A DNA stretch of 64,000 bases from a virus (lineage: Duplodnaviria > Heunggongvirae > Uroviricota > Caudoviricetes). The position numbers were made by a program, and so were the translations under genes. The notes beneath the pieces are model-generated. The model was not told where the DNA came from, ran no database searches, and worked only from the letters and a program-made list of their open reading frames with translations. Positions 57,394 through 64,000 of the stretch are shown piece after piece. Where the stretch lies: the IMG/VR virus record IMGVR_UViG_3300017987_000047; one strand, written 5' to 3'. The first letter of the stretch is position 1; every line of letters begins with the position of its first letter.

Positions 57394-58014
57394 ATGTTCG
57401 ACAAATCAAAAGCACATTTACATCTCGACCCTTTTCTTATTCCTACTGAAATCTGTGATTCAGATAACGAATTGATTTTCTGCAAGGCTAAGGATATCAT
57501 AGGGAGGACAAAGGATATCAAAGTTGCGGCAAACCATATTTGTGAGTGGATGCGCGAAGAGATCACATATACTTTCGATTTTTGCTCTGTTAAAGCTAGT
57601 CAAACGCTTTTGAAACGGGAAGGTATGTGTACGAATAAGGCTAACTTGCAGATAGCTTTATTAAGAAGTTTGGGTATACCTGCTGGTTATGGTATTGTTC
57701 ATATCACTAAACAAGTCTTCGAGCGGGACGTAGTGCCTGAGATATATGAAAAGATTTCAGAGCCTACTACGCATGTCTTTGCTTGTGTTTGGGATCCTGA
57801 GTTTGATCGTTTTTGCTATCATGATTCTACGGAGAGGGGAAAGGATTTTCTAGATTTCATGGTAGTTTTGCCTACGGGGGAAATTAGGTACCAGGATCGT
57901 TGGTTAAGGGGAGGTATCCACATTCACTCTAACTTAGATCATTTATTCAAAATGCCCTCGAGATGGTCTCGGGAAGAGTTTGAGAAGCAAAACATTGAAT
58001 ATCGGAAGGGGTAG
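57394..58014 (+). CDS. transglutaminase-like cysteine protease/ligase
   Basis: G.CTNKANL..ALLRSLGIPA, HVF, D triad. Confidence 0.8.
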   Translation: MFDKSKAHLHLDPFLIPTEICDSDNELIFCKAKDIIGRTKDIKVAANHICEWMREEITYTFDFCSVKASQTLLKREGMCTNKANLQIALLRSLGIPAGYGIVHITKQVFERDVVPEIYEKISEPTTHVFACVWDPEFDRFCYHDSTERGKDFLDFMVVLPTGEIRYQDRWLRGGIHIHSNLDHLFKMPSRWSREEFEKQNIEYRKG

Positions 58015-58254
58015 TGAAAAAGATAAGTTTTTGAAAACAGAGTTGCTTTAAGGAAGGTAGAATGAAGTATTATTATTTTGTAAAAGCTTACGAAACTCAT
58101 ACAGAGTGGGTTGTATCTACTCGAAGTCCTTTTTTGCTTATGGCCCAGGATAGAAACAGCAGTAAAACTCCTTATCATATTATTTTTTCTGTAGAGATAT
58201 CTAAAAAAGAATATGAAGCTCTTCGTTCTATAAGGTAGGCTTCAAGGAAAATGA

Positions 58255-58839
58255 ATGGCATTTACCTGCATTAAAATAATTGATAGCCAGGTTAGAATCC
58301 AACATGGCTTTCGGATTCTTCTTTTTTACCAGAACTCCCAAGGCTGGAAGAAACTTTTCGTTAAACTTGACGAGAAAGTGCAATCTTGGGTATATTTAGA
58401 GTTTCAAGCTGGAATCTGCCAACTATTAACTCACTCCTTACCTGAAGTGCGGCAACTAGCAAAGAAGATAAACCAAAGGGGCTTTGAATATTTTGATGCC
58501 TTGTGGGATTTACGCTTTGAATTAGGCCCTCAATGCTATACTCAATTCAAAGCAAGGGGGGATACTCTTCTTTATTACGTGAGGCATAAACAGGAGAAGA
58601 TCTTTTTTGACCCATATTTAGGCCCAGCTTTGACAGGACCGACAGGACTGACAGGTTTGACAGGACCGACAGGACCGACAGGTTTGACACCAACAGGCCG
58701 TCTCAGCTCAAAAACACCTAATCTTTCTCCTCAAATTTTAAAACCCCAGAAAAAACAAAGCCCCTGTCTTCAAAACATTGGCCCTGCAGCCCCTTCACGA
58801 AGTCGGGGAATATGGCAAAAGATATTCCGGAGAAGATAG
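58255..58839 (+). CDS. LTH-R-AK motif protein with short collagen-like G-X-T repeat
   Basis: LLTHSLPEVRQLAK; 9-bp repeats at 58630-58698 (TGPTGLTGLTGPTGPTGLT). Confidence 0.7.
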   Translation: MAFTCIKIIDSQVRIQHGFRILLFYQNSQGWKKLFVKLDEKVQSWVYLEFQAGICQLLTHSLPEVRQLAKKINQRGFEYFDALWDLRFELGPQCYTQFKARGDTLLYYVRHKQEKIFFDPYLGPALTGPTGLTGLTGPTGPTGLTPTGRLSSKTPNLSPQILKPQKKQSPCLQNIGPAAPSRSRGIWQKIFRRR

Positions 58840-58881
58840 TTTCTTGTACTTTGTATATAAAACCAAGGTGAAGCTGAAGCA

Positions 58882-59283
58882 GTGGAAAAACTGATCACGC
58901 CAACAACGATGTACTTACTAACTTTTAAACAAAGCCCCTGTCTTTCCTTGACGGGTTGGGATGAAATCCTTCACTTCTTTAAGGATTATCCGACAAAGGA
59001 CGAAATACGGATTTGTTTTCTCAAGGCATTGAAAGACTACATTCTCTATTATGATATGGATCCAAACAAGGTTGGGATTCGGGAAGATGCTTTTCGTAAT
59101 TCTTTCACTTTAATTAATAAAGACAAAACTGAGAGAGTTTCAGAAGAAGGGGAGATTGTTCTTTTCGGGGATGTTCGCTTCTCAGTTGAAAAGGTTAAAA
59201 CGGAAACATCGAGAAAGTTGGAATCATTTCTCACAGATGATTTTGCTTGTATTCGTAAATTCGTTAAGGGGCTAAAAGATTAG
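58882..59283 (+). CDS. hypothetical protein with C-terminal motif variant
   Basis: FLTDDFACIRKFVK. Confidence 0.7.
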   Translation: MEKLITPTTMYLLTFKQSPCLSLTGWDEILHFFKDYPTKDEIRICFLKALKDYILYYDMDPNKVGIREDAFRNSFTLINKDKTERVSEEGEIVLFGDVRFSVEKVKTETSRKLESFLTDDFACIRKFVKGLKD

Positions 59284-59374
59284 TGAAGATCGAAGCAAAT
59301 GTAAAGTGTAATATAAATTAGGTTAAATGGGTTGCCTTCAAAAACCTAACACACACATACAAAAGGAAAAAATC

Positions 59375-59776
59375 ATGTCAAACTCAGGTAAAACTCCCTA
59401 CGAAATCCGCTTAGAACTACTAAAAATGTCCAAAGATCTCCTCATGGAGGAATTCTATGCTCATCGGGATATCGAAGAGAGAAATTGGACTGCCAGAATG
59501 GACGACTATCATTATTATAGGGAACATGGAGCTGAAGTAGAACGAGCAAAATACCCATTCCCGAAAGACCTTGTTATCCCGAAAGCCCCAACAGAAGCTG
59601 AGATTATCGCTAGGGCTAGGACCTTAAATGAATTTATTGGTGGGGATGGAAAAAACGTACCAAAGGATGAGAACGTAACAAGGGACGAGAATAGGGATGC
59701 TGGAAGAGGAAGAGGCGGCCAAGGGAGAGGTGGACAGGGAAGCTGTGGTCAAGGAAGATGGAGAAATCCTAGATAA
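59375..59776 (+). CDS. phage-type hypothetical protein with RGG-rich tail
   Basis: GKTPYEIRLELLKM.KD...P...EII.RA..LNEFI; GRGRGGQGRGG. Confidence 0.7.
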   Translation: MSNSGKTPYEIRLELLKMSKDLLMEEFYAHRDIEERNWTARMDDYHYYREHGAEVERAKYPFPKDLVIPKAPTEAEIIARARTLNEFIGGDGKNVPKDENVTRDENRDAGRGRGGQGRGGQGSCGQGRWRNPR

Positions 59777-59794
59777 GCTTCAAGGAAGAGTTTT

Positions 59795-59831
59795 AAAATA
59801 ACTACCTAATCATTTGGGTAGTTATTTTTTT
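59795..59831 (+). terminator. intrinsic terminator
   Basis: aaaataactaccta / tgggtagttatttt + T-run. Confidence 0.75.
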
Positions 59832-59860
59832 GCTTTCTTCTCGTAAAACTAAAAATCTTT

Positions 59861-59887
59861 CGTTGGTCAACTTGGGTCGCTTATATA
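59861..59887 (+). promoter_or_regulatory. putative phage promoter, CG-N5-CAA-N11-TATATA
   Basis: cg-ttggt-caa-cttgggtcgct-tatata. Confidence 0.55.
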
Positions 59888-59945
59888 TTAGGTAGGAAAA
59901 ATGCTTTTTAGGAGTCAAGGCTGAAAGGAAACACAAATAGTTCAC

Positions 59946-60494
59946 ATGAAATATAAAACAAACTATCTCATAAGATTTGAATTCCTACTATTTAACCAAA
60001 ACTTTTATTTTTCTAGGTTTCCGAAACAAAGGGATAAACTAGAAGCCGTTTTAACCTTCTGTAATTATCTATCCGGGGTATGGGATAAAAAAATACTTTC
60101 TTTTAATCTTAAGGACTCCAACTTAGAATCTTTTCTTAGCACCCCCACGGTTGGAGCTGGGAAAGTTTACCTAAGACGGCTAGTGCCACCTTTTTATAAT
60201 TATTCTACCAAGATTTCTTGGTCGTTAGAGCTTCGACAAGTTAGCACCGACTCTAGGAACCTTAATCGCCCAGCTTCCTTAAAAACTTTTTTAACCGTTG
60301 GGTCCGCTGAGCTGCGAAAACTTGTTAAATCTTGTATAAGGGGGACGACGATGAAATGTAAAGAGAACCCAAACCAAAGTTATTGGAATCTTCGGTTTAC
60401 CCAAACGAAGCCAAGAGAACAAGGTTGGGGTAAGGATAAGAAAAGTTGGGCGGCAGCCCCTATCCGTAAAAAGGTAAAAAACTTATGTACTTAA
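59946..60494 (+). CDS. hypothetical protein with motif variant
   Basis: FLTVGSAELRKLVK. Confidence 0.7.
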   Translation: MKYKTNYLIRFEFLLFNQNFYFSRFPKQRDKLEAVLTFCNYLSGVWDKKILSFNLKDSNLESFLSTPTVGAGKVYLRRLVPPFYNYSTKISWSLELRQVSTDSRNLNRPASLKTFLTVGSAELRKLVKSCIRGTTMKCKENPNQSYWNLRFTQTKPREQGWGKDKKSWAAAPIRKKVKNLCT

Positions 60495-60519
60495 ACACCT
60501 GTTAGAAAGGGGATAGAAA

Positions 60520-60786
60520 ATGGATCTTATTGAAGCGGTACGTTGGGCATGGGAGCATGATATTTTTCCTTTAGTGAATCGGGATCAAATGTTTGGCGAA
60601 GTTGAAGGTACTGGCAACTGCAGTATCGCTGTTAAAGTGGTGGGGTGCTCTACTGAAAACGCACATGATAAATTCGTTGAGTTTGTGCAGGAAGCCAAAC
60701 GGAGATGGGAAGAACACGAACTTCGTTACGGCAATAAACCCACACGACATCTTGTTATTGGCGACGATTTCAAGATCGGGGATTAA
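60520..60786 (+). CDS. hypothetical protein
   Basis: purine-rich SD, operonic. Confidence 0.6.
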   Translation: MDLIEAVRWAWEHDIFPLVNRDQMFGEVEGTGNCSIAVKVVGCSTENAHDKFVEFVQEAKRRWEEHELRYGNKPTRHLVIGDDFKIGD

Positions 60787-60797
60787 ACCAGCTTGCA

Positions 60798-61355
60798 ATG
60801 AATAAGCATCTCTCAAAATACTTAACAGCGGATAATCCTCTTTTAAGAAACTGGGTTAGGGAGAGAATTCATAGGACTGACCAGAGATACGAAGTTATCG
60901 AAGATGTTATTCATTATATTCCTAAAGAGAATCAGTATGTTTGGGGATGGGTGGATATTCAATTTTTTCGGGTTAGAGAAGAAAAAAAGCAAAAAGTTAT
61001 CTATTGTGATTTCTTGAAATGTAATAATTGTCTTTTAGCTTCTCTTCCGGCTCTTCCGGTTTGTAGGAAATTGCACTGTGATAGTAACCGGCTAACTTCC
61101 CTCCCGGAGCTTCCTGTTTGTGAGATTTTAATCTGCGACTACAACCAATTAACTCTCCTTCCGGCTCTTCCGGCTTGTAGTATTTTGCAATGTGATAGTA
61201 ACCGGCTAACTTCCCTCCCGGAGCTTCCTGTTTGTGTAGAGTTGCATTGCACGGGCAATAAATTAATGAAACTTCCAAAACTTCCCTCGATTAACGAAGA
61301 TCTCTTGTTCTATGGGAATAACCCTGGTTATGGTACTCCGGGGTTTTACAAATGA
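60798..61355 (+). CDS. N-terminal LTH-R-AK motif + bacterial-type LRR protein
   Basis: YLTADNPLLRNWVR; 19-aa LTSLPELP.C..L.C..N repeats; 46 nt identical at 61077 and 61191. Confidence 0.8.
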   Translation: MNKHLSKYLTADNPLLRNWVRERIHRTDQRYEVIEDVIHYIPKENQYVWGWVDIQFFRVREEKKQKVIYCDFLKCNNCLLASLPALPVCRKLHCDSNRLTSLPELPVCEILICDYNQLTLLPALPACSILQCDSNRLTSLPELPVCVELHCTGNKLMKLPKLPSINEDLLFYGNNPGYGTPGFYK

Positions 61356-61780
61356 GCCGACATCTTTCTCTAGAAGCATTTTCTTCCTTCAACTATGGGG
61401 ATTTACTTGTTCTTAAGGGGGAATTGTCCTGGTATCCCCCGAGCATGGATTTTAAGAACATTGAAACGGAGTTGGTTTTCTTTTATTCTTCAAGTACTAA
61501 TATTAAGATAGGTAGTTACCCCACAATTTTCGTTCGTCCTTTCTATCCGCAGCAGAAACATCCGAAACATCCGGATTTAAGGTTATCTGGTTTTGCTAGT
61601 AGGCATTATTCCATAGATATGCTTTCAGAGGTGGAGCTATATGATTTTGATAGGCATCTAGAGGCTAACCAAAGCCTTAAAACCCTTCTCACACAAAATT
61701 TTAAGGAATACCTAACTCACAAACACTTTGATATCCGGAAGTTAGCAAAAAGATACGCAAAGCACGTCTCAACCACTTAA
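61352..61780 (+). CDS. hypothetical protein with C-terminal LTH-R-AK motif
   Basis: YLTHKHFDIRKLAK. Confidence 0.75.
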   Translation: MSRHLSLEAFSSFNYGDLLVLKGELSWYPPSMDFKNIETELVFFYSSSTNIKIGSYPTIFVRPFYPQQKHPKHPDLRLSGFASRHYSIDMLSEVELYDFDRHLEANQSLKTLLTQNFKEYLTHKHFDIRKLAKRYAKHVSTT

Positions 61781-61791
61781 AGGAATTTAAC

Positions 61792-62442
61792 ATGAAACCG
61801 GAATACATCAAGCAAGCAAGGGAAAAGTTTGAGTTGGACCTCGAAAGCATTGAAGATTGGGAAGAGCGGCATAACGACTCTCCAGAAATCTTGAAATTTT
61901 ACAATGAAATTTTGAAATATTACTTTTGGGAGATAGATCATCCGGATGACCATGAAAGTATTGGTGCTCACATGAACACCAGTATTTATAGTCTACTTAA
62001 GAAAGCCGTTGGCCCTCGCTCTTACGAGGACCCGGCAGACTTTATTCTAGGGCTACAATCTTTTTTATCGAATTGCGTCCTGGACGACTCGTATTATAAA
62101 ATCTCTTACGAGCGTTACTATGATACTTCTAGCGAAGAATTTCGTATGCAATATCGGAAGCAATGGCTTCGCATGTTCTTTTTCAGACTTTTCGTCGCCC
62201 GTAAGCGTAAACGGCTTTGGCGTAAACATGGACCATTTATTCCATGTAAGAAAAAGGATTCTGGCGCACATCCTATCCTTGTATGGTCGCATGACATGGA
62301 CCCTGACGCTCGCAATGATATAGAAGGGTTATGGGAAGCATTTAACTTCTATATCGAAAAAGAAGCAAAGGGGGTAGAAATACATAAAACTATCAGAGAA
62401 GAAGTAACGAAAATACGGGAGGCTAAGGATGAGAATAGATAG
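61792..62442 (+). CDS. hypothetical protein
   Basis: AAGGA SD. Confidence 0.7.
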   Translation: MKPEYIKQAREKFELDLESIEDWEERHNDSPEILKFYNEILKYYFWEIDHPDDHESIGAHMNTSIYSLLKKAVGPRSYEDPADFILGLQSFLSNCVLDDSYYKISYERYYDTSSEEFRMQYRKQWLRMFFFRLFVARKRKRLWRKHGPFIPCKKKDSGAHPILVWSHDMDPDARNDIEGLWEAFNFYIEKEAKGVEIHKTIREEVTKIREAKDENR

Positions 62443-62803
62443 AGAAAAGCTGAGGGAAAGGCTTCGTAAACACGATCGAACGATCTTTTTCGTTAAATAC
62501 GACTATCTCCTCGAACATCATTACTACCTCATAAGGAAGGAAAGCATCTATATACTTTGGGCTGGTTGCGATATCTTCGATGACCTTAATAGGAATCACC
62601 TTGGCTCTATTTTCCAGGAAGAACTAATAACTGGACTTGAAAAAGCAAGGTCTTCGGGTTCTTGGGAAGCCCCTAAGGACCCTAGCTATTCACACAGTAT
62701 TGAAAAACTAGAAATTCTAGATCCCAGGGCATGTCTCACAAATAAAAGCAAGGCTGTGCGTAAGGCTGCAAAATATTGCTTAGGAGAAAAAAATTATGAT
62801 TGA
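62429..62803 (+). CDS. hypothetical protein with C-terminal LTH-R-AK motif
   Basis: CLTNKSKAVRKAAK. Confidence 0.7.
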   Translation: MRIDREKLRERLRKHDRTIFFVKYDYLLEHHYYLIRKESIYILWAGCDIFDDLNRNHLGSIFQEELITGLEKARSSGSWEAPKDPSYSHSIEKLEILDPRACLTNKSKAVRKAAKYCLGEKNYD

Positions 62804-63029
62804 GTTAGATGCATTGAAATGCCCAGTTTGTGGATCAAAATTTATTACCACCGCTTTGGGGGAGCCCGCAACCCCAAGTTTCGAACAAACTACATGGTCT
62901 CCTTTTCCCAAAGAGCCGGAGGCGTGCATTAAAGTTGAAAGGTTAAAAAAGCCGGCCGAGCTTCGTCCAAGTTTTGCTTGTACTTGTCAAAATTGCGCCT
63001 ATTCAGCAAGAGTCAAAGATTTTTCATAG
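62796..63029 (+). CDS. zinc-ribbon small protein
   Basis: CPVC ... CQNC; AGGAG SD. Confidence 0.65.
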   Translation: MIELDALKCPVCGSKFITTALGEPATPSFEQTTWSPFPKEPEACIKVERLKKPAELRPSFACTCQNCAYSARVKDFS

Positions 63030-63040
63030 GGGACTTTGTT

Positions 63041-63469
63041 ATGCCATCTGTAAAGACACATTCTTTTATCCAATTTACCCCGATCCAGGTGGAGGGGTTT
63101 AATTGCGCTTGCGGTCCTGTTCCCCAACCTAAAGACTTGCCCAAAGAAGTTTCAGATAATGTTTTAAGGGTTATAAATGAAGAAGTGGCTGCCTTTATGG
63201 AGTGGTCGGGAGTTGAGCGGGAGGAAATCGCGATGGATATGTTCGCGGGGCTTCCTACAGTTTTTCTTTTTTTAGCTACTCGCCAAGACATTATTTCTTC
63301 TGAGAAAGATCAAGAAACTATCGGAAACATGATAAACGAGCTTTCCTATTGTGCTAAAATGGGGGATACCGGAACTCGCCTAGCCTTTAAGGGAGATATT
63401 GAAAAACAATCCTTTAAGTCTCGGTGTCGCTGGGAGGTCCCCCTTAACGAAAGCATCTCAAAAGACTAA
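63041..63469 (+). CDS. hypothetical protein
   Basis: AGGGGA SD, ATG at 63041. Confidence 0.6.
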   Translation: MPSVKTHSFIQFTPIQVEGFNCACGPVPQPKDLPKEVSDNVLRVINEEVAAFMEWSGVEREEIAMDMFAGLPTVFLFLATRQDIISSEKDQETIGNMINELSYCAKMGDTGTRLAFKGDIEKQSFKSRCRWEVPLNESISKD

Positions 63470-63559
63470 ATTTCTTTCGTTAATCAAAGGTATTTCAAAA
63501 TATAAAGGGGGTAGGCAAACGCCTGCTGTGCTTATTTGCTAATCCTAGAGGAAAGAGGC

Positions 63560-63754
63560 ATGACAAAAAAAGAACAGGCAAGATTAACAAAACTTTTTAA
63601 GGTTGAAGTAGTTGATCTCGGGGGTGAAGTCGACCCTGACGATGAAGAGGATTGGAAGTCCCTTACGTTAGGGTGGGTACTAGCCAAGGGAGTATCTCCA
63701 GCTGAAGCTCGAGACTTTGCTTCATATATCCGGTACGAAACTGATTTAGGCTAA
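63560..63754 (+). CDS. small hypothetical protein
   Basis: GAGG SD. Confidence 0.6.
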   Translation: MTKKEQARLTKLFKVEVVDLGGEVDPDDEEDWKSLTLGWVLAKGVSPAEARDFASYIRYETDLG

Positions 63755-63821
63755 GATAAAAAGGGAAAAACGGACGGATATCTTGAAGACTTCGACGAAA
63801 ATATGACTTAAGGAGAAAAAG

Positions 63822-64000
63822 ATGGACGGTTATCTTGGATCAACAGTTGTCACAGATCTCACTGGCACCCCATACGAGGGGTATACAACAAAGGATTGGG
63901 CCGTAGAATATATTCAATATTACGGACAATATGATGGAGGACATCACCGCTTGTGGGTGCTCGACCAAGTCATGCGTATTTTGAAGGGCACTCCCGTTAT
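63822..64000 (+). CDS. phage-type hypothetical protein (runs off the window)
   Basis: TAAGGAG SD; YGQYDGGHHRLWVLDQVMRIL. Confidence 0.65.
   Translation, partial: MDGYLGSTVVTDLTGTPYEGYTTKDWAVEYIQYYGQYDGGHHRLWVLDQVMRILKGTPV

Noticed and set aside
1-64000. Genome-wide TAG or TGA stop-codon reassignment
   Set aside because: Code 11 gives dense, full-length genes; only one suspicious in-frame TAG (50757) and no suppressor tRNA in the window.
1-64000. Archaeal virus or cellular chromosome origin
   Set aside because: Bacterial-type tRNAs, intrinsic terminators, ClpS, rIIA/rIIB and single-strand dense small ORFs without housekeeping operons fit a large bacteriophage.

Overview
This window looks like a 64-kb accessory region of a large (jumbo-type) bacteriophage genome read in the standard code. 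It holds roughly 100 tightly packed genes, all on the + strand except one HNH endonuclease. Recognisable genes: rIIA/rIIB-like pair, MoxR-type AAA ATPase and a DUF2201-type vWA/HEXXH partner, two RNA ligases, three nucleotidyltransferases, ClpS-like adaptor, a nicotinamidase-vWA-PP2C-kinase cluster, DNA methyltransferases with an amber-interrupted helicase-MTase restriction-modification gene, MazG-like, transglutaminase-like and LRR proteins. There are nine tRNA or tRNA-like genes, none encoding CCA; tRNA-Thr(UGU) carries a group I intron and one Pro-like tRNA has a 29-nt anticodon-arm insertion. The most striking unexplained signal is a ~14-aa motif, [YFL]-L-T-[HSN]-x4-[ILV]-R-x-x-A-K, found by eye in about 32 otherwise mostly unrelated ORFs. 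It is usually C-terminal, but N-terminal on LRR and membrane proteins, and is conserved in protein rather than DNA, suggesting an undescribed docking/targeting tag or F-box-like adaptor system. Also seen: a recurring CG-N5-CAA-N11-TATA promoter-like motif, two micro-peptide genes behind a shared upstream cassette, and a diverged ~110-bp duplication flanking the R-M island. All family calls come from motif recognition by eye; no searches were run.
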